64,000 nucleotides of DNA, taken from assembly GCF_963921235.1 (NCBI RefSeq), contig NC_086110.1, positions 9,176,001-9,240,000 of the forward strand, written 5' to 3'. A program made the translations under genes and the position numbers. How positions within the stretch are numbered: the first letter of the stretch is position 1; the number at the start of each line of letters is the position of its first letter. The notes under the pieces are model-generated. The model did not search any database, was not told the DNA's origin, and was given only the letters and a program-made list of their open reading frames with translations. This document shows, piece after piece, positions 15,001-28,929 of the stretch. Source of the stretch: Mobula hypostoma (Eukaryota).

Positions 15001-18000
15001 TGCATAGAGTACTTTGGCATTGAATGAAGTATACATTTCAATTTTACTCAAAGGTACTGACTGCAAACCTTATAGAAACATCTTAATATAACTCCCCACA
15101 TGATCCTGAGATATCTCAAACCCTTTATATCACTCAGCTATTCAAGACAAAAAAGTTGATTTCTCTGTGAATGCAGTGCTTTGGCACTAAAAGTATATAC
15201 TTCAATTTTACTCTAAACTACTAAATGAAAACCGTATAGAAACATCTTAATATAACTCCCCACATGTTCCTGAGATGTTTGACACCTGTTATATCACTCA
15301 GGTATTCAAGACAAAAAAGTTGATTTCTCAGTGCATAGAGTACTTTGGCATTGAATGAAGTATACATTTCAATTTTACTCAAAGGTACTGACTGCAAACC
15401 TTATGGAAACATCTTAATATAACTCCCCACATGATCCTGAGATGTTTGGCACCTGTTATATCACTCAGGTATTCAAGACATAAAAGTTGATTTCTCAGTG
15501 AATGCCATGCTTTGGCACTAAAAGTATATACTTCAATTTTACTCTAAACTACTGAATGAAAACCTTATGGAAACATCTAAATATAACTTCCCACATGATC
15601 CTGAGATGTTTGACACCTGTTATATCACTCAGGTATTCAAGACAAAAAAGTTGATTTCTCAGGGCATACTGTTGTTTCGCATTGAATGAAGTATACATTT
15701 CAGTTTTACTCAAAGGTACTGACTGCAAACCTTATAGAAACATCTTAATATAATTCCCCACATGATGCTGAGAAGTTTGACACCTGGTATATCACTTAGG
15801 TATTCAAGACAAAAAAGTTGATTTTTCAGAGCCTACATTGATTTAACATGAAAAAGTATACATTTCAATTTTACTCTAAGGTACTGACTGCAAACCTTAT
15901 GGAAACATCTAAATATAATTTCCCGCATGATCCTGAAATGTTTGACACCTGTTATATCACTTAGGTCTTCAAGACAAAAAAGTTGATTTCTCAGTGCATA
16001 GAGTACTTTGGCATTGAATGAAGTATACATTTCAATTTTACTCAAAGGTACTGACTGCAAACCTTATAGAAACATCTTAATATAACTCCCTACATGATCC
16101 TGAGATGTTTGACAGCAGTTATATCACTCAGGTATTCAAGACAAAAAAGTTGATTTCTCAGTGAATGCAGTGCTTTGGCACTAAAAGTATATACTTCAAT
16201 TTTACTCTAAACTGCTGAATGAAAACCTTATAGAAACATCTTAATATAACTCCGCACATGATGCTGAGATGTTTGACACCTGTTATATCACTCAGGTATT
16301 CAAGACAAAAAAATGATTTCTCAGTGCATAGTCCTTTGGTATTAAGAGAAGTATGTATTTCAATTTTACTCACTAGTACTGAATTCAAAACTGAAGGAAA
16401 CATGTTTACAGCACTCCCCACATGATCTTGAGATGTTTGACACCTGTTATATCACTCAGCTATTCAAGACAAAAAAGTTGATTTCTCAGTGCATGCAGTG
16501 CTTTGGCATTAAAAGTTGTATGTATTTCAATTTTACTCAATAGTACTGACTGCAAACCTTATGCAAACATCTTAATATAACTCCCCACATGATCCTGAGA
16601 TGTTTGACACCTGTTATATCACTCAGGTATTCAAGACAAAAAAGTTGATTTCTCAAAGCCTAAAGTGAATTGCCATTGTATGATGCATACATTTCAATTT
16701 TACTCTAAAGTACTGAATGCAAACCTTATGGAAACATCTTAACATAACTCCCCACATGATCCTGAGATGTTTGACACCTGTTATATCACTCAGGTATTCA
16801 AGACAAAAAAGTTGATTTCTCAGTGCATACAGTGCATTGGCATTGAAAGAAGTATACATTTCAATTTTACTCAAAGGTACTGACTGCAAACCTTATGGAA
16901 ACATCTTAACATAACTCCCCACATGATCCTGAGATGTTTGGCACCTGTTATACCACTCAGGTATTCAAGACAAAAAAGTTGATTTCTCAGTGCCCAGTGT
17001 GCATTGCCATTGAATGAAGTATGCATTTTAATTTTACTCAAAGCTACTGACTGTAAACCTTATGGAAACATCTTAATATAACTCCCCACATGATCCTGAG
17101 ATGTTTGACACCTGTTATATCACTCAGGTATTCAAGACAAAAAAGTTGATTTCTCAGTGCATGCAGTGCTTTGGCACTAAAAGTATATATTTCAATTTTA
17201 CTCTAAAGTACTGAATGCAAACCTAATGGAAACATCTTAACATAACTCCCCACATGATCCTGAGATGTTTGACACCTGTTATATCACTCAGCTATTTACG
17301 ATAAAAAAGTTGATTTCTCAGTGTGTACAGTGCTTTGCCATTGATAGAAGTATACATTTCCATTTTACTCAAAGGCACTGAATGCAAACCTGATGCAAAC
17401 ATCTTAACATATTACCCAAATGATTCTGAGATGTTTGAAACCTGTTATATCACTCAGGTATTCAAGACAAAAAAGTTGATTTCTCAGTGCATACAGCGCT
17501 TTGGCATTAAAAGTATATATTTCAATTTTACTCTACACTACTGAATGCAAACCTTATGGAAACATCTTAATATGATTCCCCACATGATTCTGAGATGTTT
17601 GACACCTGTTATATCACTCAGCTATTCAAGATAAAAAAGTTGATTTCTCAGTGCATAGAGTGCTTTGGTATTAAGAGAAGTATGTATTTTAATTTTACTC
17701 ACTGGTACTGAATGTAAACCTGAAGGAAACATGTTAACATCACTCCCCATATGATTCTGAGATGTTTGAGACCTGTTATATCACTCAGCTCTTAAAGATA
17801 AACAAGTTGATATCTCAGAGCCTTCAGTGCTTTGGCATTAAAATGTGTATGTATTTCAATTTTACTCAAAACTACTGACTGCAAACCTAATGGAAACATC
17901 TTAACATAACTCCCCACATGATCCTGAGATGTTTGACACTTGATATATCACTCAGCTATTCAAGACAAAAAAGTTTATTTCACAGTGCATACAGCGATTT

Positions 18001-21000
18001 AGCATTGAATGAAGTATACATTTCAATTTTACTCTAAAGTACTGAATGCAAACCTTATGGAAACATCTTAATATAACTCCCCACATGATCCTGAGATGTT
18101 TGACAACTGTTATATCACTCAGTTATTCAAGACAAAATAATTGATTTCTCAGTGCATGCAGTGCTTTAGCATTGAATGAAGTATACATTTCAATTTTACT
18201 CAGAGTACTGACTGCAAACCTTATGGAAACATCTTAATATAACTCCCCACATGATCCTGAGATGTTTGACACCTGTTATATCACTCAGGTATTCAAGATA
18301 AAAAAGTTGATTTCTCAGGGCATAGAGCACTTTGGCATTGAATGAAGTATACATTTCAATTTTACTCAAAGGTACTGACTGCAAACCTTATGGAAACATC
18401 TTAATATAACTCCCCACATGATCCTGAGATGTTTGACACCTGTTATATCACTCAGCTATTCAAGACAAAAAAGTTGATTTCTCAGAGCATAAAGTACTTT
18501 AGCATTGAATGAAGTATACATTTCAATGTTACTCAATGGTACTGACTGCAAACCTTATGGAAACATCTAAATATAACTTCCCGCATGTTCCTGAGATGTT
18601 TCACACCATTTATATCACTCAGGTCTTCAAAACAAAAAAGTTGTTTTCTCAGAGCATACTGTTGTTTCGCAATGATTGAAGAATACATTTCAGTGTTACT
18701 CAATGGTACTGACGACAAACCTTATGGAAACATCTAAATATAACTCGCCACATGATGCTGAGATGTTTCACACCTGTTATATCACTCAGGTATTCAAGAC
18801 AAAAAAGTTGATTTCTCAGTGCATAGAGTGCTTTGGCATTGAATGAAGTATACATTTCAATTTTACTCAAAGGTACTGACTGCAAAACCTTATGGAAACA
18901 TCTTAATATAACTCCCCACATGATCCTGAGATGTTTGACACCTGTTATATCACTCAGGTATTCAAGACAAAAAAGTTGATTTCTCAGAGCATACTGTTGT
19001 TTAGCAATGATTGAAGTACATTTCAATGTTACTCAATGGTACTGACTGCAAACCTTATGGAAACATCTTAATATAACTCCCCACATGATCCTGAGATGTT
19101 TGACACCTGTTATATAATTTCGGTATTCAAGACAAAAGAAGTTGATTTTTCAGAGCCTGCATTGATTTAACATGAAAAAGTATACATTTCAATTTTACTC
19201 TAAGGTACTGACTGCAAACCTTATGGAAACATCTTAATATAACTCCCCACATGATCCTGAGATGTTTGACACCTGTTATATCACTCAGGTATTCAAGACA
19301 AAAAAGTTGATTTCTCAGTGCATAGACTGCATTGGCATTGAATGAAGTATACATTTCAATTTTACTCAAAGGTACTGACTGCAAACCTTATGGAAACATC
19401 TTAATATAACTCCCCACATGATCCTGAGATGTTTGACACCTGTTATATCACTCAGGTATTCAAGACAAAAAAGTTGATTTCTCAGTGAATGCAGTGCTTT
19501 GGCACTAAAAGTATATACTTCAATTTTACTCTAAACTACTGAATGCAAACCTTATGGAAACATCTTAATATAACTCCCCACATGATCCTGAGATGTTTGA
19601 CACCTGTTATATCACTCAGGTATTCAAGACAAAAAAGTTGATTTCTCAGTGCATAGAGTGCTTTGGTATTAAGAGAAGTATGTATTTCAATTTTACTCAC
19701 TAGTACTGAATGCAAAACTGAAGGAAACATGTTAACATCACTCCCCACATGATCCTGAGATGTTTGACACCTGTTATATCACTCAGCTATTCAAGACAAA
19801 AAAGTTGATATCTCAGTGCGTACAGTGCTTTGGCATTAAAAGGTGTATGTATTTCAATTTTACTCAATAGTACTGACTGCAAACCTAATGGAAACATCTT
19901 AACATAACTCCCCACATGATCCTGAGATGTTTGACACCTGTTATATCACTCAGCTATTCAAGACAAAAAAGTTGATTTCTCAGTGCATACAGTGATTTAG
20001 CATTGAATGAAGTATACATTTCAATTTTACTCTAAAGTACTGAATGCAAACCTTATGGAAACATCTTAATATAACTCCCCACATGATCCTGAGATGTTTG
20101 ACACCTGTTATATCACTCAGCTATTCAAGACAAAAAAGTTGATTTCTCAGTGCATGCAGTGCTTTGGCACTAAAAGTATATATTTCAATTTTACTCTAAA
20201 GTACTGAATGCAAACCTTATGGAAACATCTTAATATAACTCCCCACATGATCCTGAGATGTTTGACACCTGTTATATCACTCAGGTATTCAAGACAAAAA
20301 AGTTGATTTCTCAGTGCGTAAAGACCTTTAGCATTGAATGAAGTATAAATTTCAATTTTACTCAAAGGTACTGACTGCAAACCTTATGGAAACATATTAA
20401 TATAAATCCCCACATGATCCTGAGATGTTTGACAGCTGTTATATCACTCAGGTATTCAAGACAAAAAAGTTGATTTCTCAGAGCATACTGTTGTTTAGCA
20501 ATGATTGAAGTATACATTTCAATGTTACTCAATGGTACTGACTGCAAACCTTATGGAAACATCTAAATATAACTTCCCGCATGTTCCTGAGATGTTTCAC
20601 ACCATTTATATCACTCAGGTCTTCAAAACAAAAAAGTTGTTTTCTCAGAGCATACTGTTGTTTCGCAATGATTGAAGTATACATTTCAATGTTACTCAAT
20701 GGTACTGACTGCAAACCTTATGGAAACATCTAAATATAACTTCCCGCATGATCCTGAGATGTTTGACACCTGTTATATAATTTCGGTATTCAAGACAAAG
20801 AAGTTGATTTTTCAGAGCCTGCATTGATTTAACATGAAAAAGTATACATTTCAATTTTACTCTAAGGTACTGACTGCAAACCTTATAGAAACATCTTAAT
20901 ATAACACCCCACATGATCCTGAGATGTTTGACACCTGTTACATCACTCAGGTATTCAAGACAAAAAAGTTGATTTCTCAGTGCATAGACTACTTTGGCAT

Positions 21001-21299
21001 TGAATGAAGTATACATTTCAATTTTACTCAAAGGTACTGACTGCAAACCTTAAGGAAACTTCTCAATATAACACCCCTCAGGATCTTGAGATATTTCAAA
21101 CCCTTTACATCACTCAGCTGTTCAAGAAAAAAAAGTTGATTTCTCAGTGAATGCAGTGCTTTGGCACTAAAAGTATATACTTAAATTTTACTCTAAACTA
21201 CTAAATGAAAACCTTATAGAAACATCTTAATATAACTCCCCACATGTTCCTGAGATGTTTCACACCATTTATATCACTCAGCTATGCAAGATAAAAGTG

Positions 21300-24200
21300 T
21301 TGATTTCTCAGTGCATACAGTGCTTAGGTATTAAGAGAAGTATGTATTTTAATTTTACTGAATAGTACTGAATACAAAACTGGTGGAAACATGTTAACAT
21401 CACTCCCCATACTATTCTGAGTTGTTTAAGACCTGTAACATCACTCTGATCTTCAAGATAAAAAAGTTGATATCTCAGTGCATGCAGTGCTTTGGCATTA
21501 AAAGGTGTATGTATTTCAATTTTACTCAATAGTACTGACTGCAATCCTAATGGAAACATGTTAACAGAGCTCCCCACATGATCCTGAGATGTTTGACACT
21601 TGTTATTTCACTCAGCTGTTCAAGACAAAGAAGTTGATTTCTCAGTGCGTGCAGTGCATTGGCACTAAAAGTAGATATTTCAGTTTTACTCTGAAGTACT
21701 GAATGCAAACCTTGTGGATACAACTTAACAAAACTCCCCACATGATCCTGAGATGTTTGACACCTGTTATATCACTCAGGTATTCAAGATAAAAAAGTTG
21801 ATTTCTCAGTGCATACAGTGCATTGGCATTGAAAGAAGTATACATTTCAATTTTACTCAAAGGTACTGACTGCAAACCTGATGCAAACATCTTAACATCA
21901 CTCCCCACATGATTCTGAGATGTTTGAGACCTGTTATATCACTTAGCCATTCAAGATAAAAAAGTTGATTTATCAGTGCTTACAGAACTTTGGCATTAAT
22001 AGAAGTATACATTTGAATTTTACTCAAAGCTACTGACTGCAAACCTTTTGGAAACATCTTAATATATCTCCCCACATGATCCTGAGATGTTTGACACCTG
22101 TTATATCACTCAGCTATTCAAGACAAAAAGGTGATTTCTCAGTGCATGCAGTGCTTGGCACTAAAAGTATATATTTCAATTTTACTCTAAAGTACTGAAT
22201 GCAAACCTAATGTAAACATCTTAACATAACTCCCCACATGATCTTGAGATGTTTGACACCTGTTATATCACTCAGCTATTTACGATAAAAAAGTTGATTT
22301 CTCAGTGTGTACAGTGCTTTGCCATTGATAGAAGTATACATTTCCATTTTACTCAATGGCACTGACTGCAAACCTGATGCAAACATCTTAACATATTCCC
22401 TAAATGATCCTGAGATGTTTGAGACCTGTTATATCACTTAGGTATTGAAGACAAAAAACTTGATTTTTCAGTGCATACAGTGCTTTGGCGTTAAAAGTAT
22501 ATGTTTCAATTTTACTCTAAACTACTGAATGCAAACTTTATGGAAACATCTTAATATGATTCCCCACATGATTCTGAGATGTTTGACACCTGTTATATCA
22601 CTCAGCTATGCAAGATAAAAGTGTTGATTTCTCAGTGCATACAGTGCTTAGGTATTAAGAGAAGTATGTATTTTAATTTTACTGAATAGTACTGAATACA
22701 AAACTGGTGGAAACATGTTAACATCACTCCCCATACTATTCTGAGTTGTTTAAGACCTGTTACATCACTCAGCTCTTAAAGATAAACAAGTTGATATCTC
22801 AGAGCCTTCAGTGCTTTGGCATTAAAATGTGTATGTATTTCAATTTTACTCAATAGTACTGACTGCAAACCGAATGGAAATATCTTAACATAGCTCCCCA
22901 CATGATCCTGAGATGTTTGACACTTATTATATCACTCAGCTATTCAGGACAAAAAAGTTTATTTCACAGTGCATACAGTGATTTAGCATTGAATGAAGTA
23001 TACATTTCAGTTTTACTCTGAAGTACTGAATGCAAACCTTGTGGATACAACTTAACAAAACTCCCCACATGATCCTGAGATGTTTGACATCTGTTATATC
23101 ACTCAGTTCTTCAAGACAAAGAAGTTGATATCTCAGGTCATACAGTGCATTGGCATTGAAAGAAGTATACATTTCAATTTTACTCAAAGGTACTGACTGC
23201 AAACCTGATGGAAACATCTTAACATAACTCCCCACATGATCCTGAGATGTTTGACACCTGTTATATCACTCAGGTATTCAAGATAAAAAAGTTGATTTCT
23301 CAGTGCATACTGTGCTTTGGCATTGAAAGAAGTATACATTTCAATTCTACTCCAAGGGTACTGACTGCAAACCTTTTGGAAACATCTTAATATAACTCCC
23401 CACATGATCATGAGATGTTTGACACCTGTTATATCACTCAGCTATTCAAGACAAAAAAGTTGATTTCTCAGTGCATGCAGTGCTTTGGCACTAAAAGTAT
23501 ATATTTCAATTTTACTCTAAAGTACTGAATGCAAACCTTATGGAAACATCTTAACATAACTCCCCACATGATCCTGAGATGTTTGACACCTGTTATATCA
23601 CTCAGCTATTTACGATAAAAAAGTTGATTTCTCAGTGTGTACAGTGCTTTGCCATTGATAGAAGTATACATTTCCATTTTACTCAAAGGCACTGAATGCA
23701 AACCTGATGCAAACATCTTAACATATTACCCAAATGATTCTGAGATGTTTGAGACCTGTTATATCACTTAGGTATTGAAGACAAAAAACTTGATTTTTCA
23801 GTGCATACAGTGCTTTGGCGTTAAAAGTATATGTTTCAATTTTACTCTAAACTACTGAATGCAAACTTTATGGAAACATCTTAATATGATTCCCCACATG
23901 ATTCTGAGATGTTTGACACCTGTTATATCACTCAGCTATTCAAGATAAAAAAGTTGATTTCTCAGTGCATAGAGTGCTTTGGTATTAAGAGAAGTATGTA
24001 TTTTAATTTTACTCACTAGTACTGAATACAAAACTGGTGGAAACATGTTAACATCACTCCCCATACTATTCTGAGTTGTTTAAGACCTGTTACATCACTC
24101 AGCTCTTCAAGATAAAAAGGTTGATATCTCAGTGCATACAGTGCTTTGGCATTAAAAGGTGTATGTATTTCAATTTTACTCAATAGTACTGACTGCAATC

Positions 24201-27200
24201 CTAATGGAAACATCTTAACATAGCTCCCATCATGATCCTGAGATGTTTGACACTTGTTATTTCACTCAGCTGTTCAAGACAAAGGAGTTGATTTCTCAGT
24301 GCGTGCAGTGCATTGGCACTAAAAGTAGATATTTCAGTTTTACTCTGAAGTACTGAATGCAAACCTTGTGGATACAACTTAACAAAACTCCCCACATGAT
24401 CCTGAGATGCTTGACACCTACTATATCACTGAACTCTTCAAGATAAAAAGTTGATATCTCAGTGCATACAGTGCATTGGCATTGAAAGAAGTTTACATTT
24501 CAATTTTACTCAAAGGTACTGACTGCAAACCTGATGCAAACATCTTAACATAACTCCCCCATGATTCTGAGATGTTTGAGACCTGTTATATCACTTAGCC
24601 ATTCAAGATAAAAAAAGTTGATTTCTCAGTGCATACAGTGCTTTGGCATTAAAAGAAGTATACATTTGAATTTTACTCAAAGCTACTGACTGCAAACCTT
24701 TTGGAAACATCTTAATATATCTCCCCACATGATCCTGAGATGTTTGACACCTGTTATATCACTCAGCTATTCAAGACAAAGAAGGTGATTTCTCAGTGCA
24801 TGCAGTGCTTGGCACTAAAAGTATATATTTCAATTTTACTCTAAAGTACTGAATGCAAACCTAATGTAAACATCTTAACATAACTCCCCACATGATCTTG
24901 AGATGTTTGACACCTGTTATATCACTCAGCTATTTAAGATAAAAAAGTTGATTTCTCAGTGTGTACAGTGCTTTGCCATTGATAGAAGTATACATTTCCA
25001 TTTTACTCAAAGGCACTGAATGCAAACCTGATGCAAACATCTTAACATATTACCCAAATGATTCTGAGATGTTTGAAACCTGTTATATCACTTAGGTATT
25101 GAAGACAAAAAACTTGATTTTTCAGTGCATACAGTGCTTTGGCGTTAAAAGTATATGTTTCAATTTTACTCTAAACTACTGAATGCAAACTTTATGAAAA
25201 CATCTTAATATGATTCCCCACATGATTCTGAGATGTTTGACACCTGTTATATCACTCAGCTATGCAAGATAAAAGTGTTGATTTCTCAGTGCATACAGTG
25301 CTTAGGTATTAAGAGAAGTATGTATTTTAATTTTACTGAATAGTACTGAATACAAAACTGGTGGAAACATGTTAACATCACTCCCCATACTATTCTGAGT
25401 TGTTTAAGACCTGTAACATCACTCTGATCTTCAAGATAAAAAAGTTGATATCTCAGTGCATGCAGTGCTTTGGCATTAAAAGGTGTATGTATTTCAATTT
25501 TACTCAATAGTACTGACTGCAATCCTAATGGAAACATCTTAACATAGCTCCCATCATGATCCTGAGATGTTTGACACTTGTTATTTCACTCAGCTGTTCA
25601 AGACAAAGGAGTTGATTTCTCAGTGCGTGCAGTGCATTGGCACTAAAAGTAGATATTTCAGTTTTACTCTGAAGTACTGAATGCAAACCTTGTGGATACA
25701 ACTTAACAAAACTCCCCACATGATCCTGAGATGTTTGACACCTACTATATCACTGAACTCTTCAAGATAAAAAGTTGATATCTCAGTGCATACAGTGCAT
25801 TGGCATTGAAAGAAGTTTACATTTCAATTTTACTCAAAGGTACTGACTGCAAACCTGATGCAAACATCTTAACATAACTCCCCCATGATTCTGAGATGTT
25901 TGAGACCTGTTATATCACTTAGCCATTCAAGATAAAAAAAGTTGATTTCTCAGTGCATACAGTGCTTTGGCATTAAAAGAAGTATACATTTGAATTTTAC
26001 TCAAAGCTACTGACTGCAAACCTTTTGGAAACATCTTAATATATCTCCCCACATGATCCTGAGATGTTTGACACCTGTTATATCACTCAGCTATTCAAGA
26101 CAAAAAGGTGATTTCTCAGTGCATGCAGTGCTTGGCACTAAAAGTATATATTTCAATTTTACTCTAAAGTACTGAATGCAAACCTAATGTAAACATCTTA
26201 ACATAACTCCCCACATGATCTTGAGATGTTTGACACCTGTTATATCACTCAGCTATTTACGATAAAAAAGTTGATTTCTCAGTGTGTACAGTGCTTTGCC
26301 ATTGATAGAAGTATACATTTCCATTTTACTCAAAGGCACTGAATGCAAACCTGATGCAAACATCTTAACATATTACCCAAATGATTCTGAGATGTTTGAG
26401 ACCTGTTATATCACTTAGGTATTGAAGACAAAAAACTTGATTTTTCAGTGCATACAGTGCTTTGGCGTTAAAAGTATATGTTTCAATTTTACTCTAAACT
26501 ACTGAATGCAAACTTTATGGAAACATCTTAATATGATTCCCCACATGATTCTGAGATGTTTGACACCTGTTATATCACTCAGCTATGCAAGATAAAAGTG
26601 TTGATTTCTCAGTGCATACAGTGCTTAGGTATTAAGAGAAGTATGTATTTTAATTTTACTGAATAGTACTGAATACAAAACTGGTGGAAACATGTTAACA
26701 TCACTCCCCATACTATTCTGAGTTGTTTAAGACCTGTAACATCACTCTGATCTTCAAGATAAAAAAGTTGATATCTCAGTGCATGCAGTGCTTTGGCATT
26801 AAAAGGTGTATGTATTTCAATTTTACTCAATAGTACTGACTGCAATCCTAATGGAAACATCTTAACAGAGCTCCCCACATGATCCTGAGATGTTTGACAC
26901 TTGTTATTTCACTCAGCTGTTCAAGACAAAGAAGTTGATTTCTCAGTGCGTGCAGTGCATTGGCACTAAAAGTAGATATTTCAGTTTTACTCTGAAATAC
27001 TGAATGCAAACCTTGTGGATACAACTTAACAAAACTCCCCACATGATCCTGAGATGTTTGACACCTACTATATCACTGAACTCTTCAAGATAAAAAGTTG
27101 ATATCTCAGTGCATACAGTGCATTGGCATTGAAAGAAGTTTACATTTCAATTTTACTCAAAGGTACTGACTGCAAACCTGATGCAAACATCTTAACATAA

Positions 27201-28900
27201 CTCCCCCATGATTCTGAGATGTTTGAGACCTGTTATATCACTTAGCCATTCAAGATAAAAAAAAGTTGATTTCTCAGTGCATACAGTGCTTTGGCATTAA
27301 AAGAAGTATACATTTGAATTTTACTCAAAGCTACTGACTGCAAACCTTTTGGAAACATCTTAATATATCTCCCCACATGATCCTGAGATGTTTGACACCT
27401 GTTATATCACTCAGCTATTCAAGACAAAAAGGTGATTTCTCAGTGCATGCAGTGCTTGGCACTAAAAGTATATATTTCAATTTTACTCTAAAGTACTGAA
27501 TGCAAACCTAATGTAAACATCTTAACATAACTCCCCACATGATCTTGAGATGTTTGACACCTGTTATATCACTCAGCTATTTACGATAAAAAAGTTGATT
27601 TCTCAGTGTGTACAGTGCTTTGCCATTGATAGAAGTATACATTTCCATTTTACTCAAAGGCACTGAATGCAAACCTGATGCAAACATCTTAACATATTAC
27701 CCAAATGATTCTGAGATGTTTGAGACCTGTTATATCACTTAGGTATTGAAGACAAAAAACTTGATTTTTCAGTGCATACAGTGCTTTGGCGTTAAAAGTA
27801 TATGTTTCAATTTTACTCTAAACTACTGAATGCAAACTTTATGGAAACATCTTAATATGATTCCCCACATGATTCTGAGATGTTTGACACCTGTTATATC
27901 ACTCAGCTATGCAAGATAAAAGTGTTGATTTCTCAGTGCATACAGTGCTTAGGTATTAAGAGAAGTATGTATTTTAATTTTACTGAATAGTACTGAATAC
28001 AAAACTGGTGGAAACATGTTAACATCACTCCCCATACTATTCTGAGTTGTTTAAGACCTGTAACATCACTCTGATCTTCAAGATAAAAAAGTTGATATCT
28101 CAGTGCATGCAGTGCTTTGGCATTAAAAGGTGTATGTATTTCAATTTTACTCAATAGTACTGACTGCAATCCTAATGGAAACATCTTAACATAGCTCCCA
28201 TCATGATCCTGAGATGTTTGACACTTGTTATTTCACTCAGCTGTTCAAGACAAAGAAGTTGATTTCTCAGTGCGTGCAGTGCATTGGCACTAAAAGTAGA
28301 TATTTCAGTTTTACTCTGAAGTACTGAATGCAAACCTTGTGGATACAACTTAACAAAACTCCCCACATGATCCTGAGATGTTTGACACCTACTATATCAC
28401 TGAACTCTTCAAGATAAAAAGTTGATATCTCAGTGCATACAGTGCATTGGCATTGAAAGAAGTTTACATTTCAATTTTACTCAAAGGTACTGACTGCAAA
28501 CCTGATGCAAACATCTTAACATAACTCCCCCATGATTCTGAGATGTTTGAGACCTGTTATATCACTTAGCCATTCAAGATAAAAAAAGTTGATTTCTCAG
28601 TGCATACAGTGCTTTGGCATTAAAAGAAGTATACATTTGAATTTTACTCAAAGCTACTGACTGCAAACCTTTTGGAAACATCTTAATATATCTCCCCACA
28701 TGATCCTGAGATGTTTGACACCTGTTATATCACTCAGCTATTCAAGACAAAAAGGTGATTTCTCAGTGCATGCAGTGCTTGGCACTAAAAGTATATATTT
28801 CAATTTTACTCTAAAGTACTGAATGCAAACCTAATGTAAACATCTTAACATAACTCCCCACATGATCTTGAGATGTTTGACACCTGTTATATCACTCAGG
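21300..28900. repeat. 8-monomer higher-order repeat (HOR), period 1323-1330 bp, about 5.7 periods
   Basis: The diagnostic variant CATACTATTCTGAGTTGTTTAAGACC starts at 21408, 22732, 24062, 25386, 26709 and 28033. Identical spurious ORFs recur at 24201/25525/26848/28172. Confidence 0.92.
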
Positions 28901-28929
28901 TATTCAAGACAAAAAAGTTGATTTCTCAG

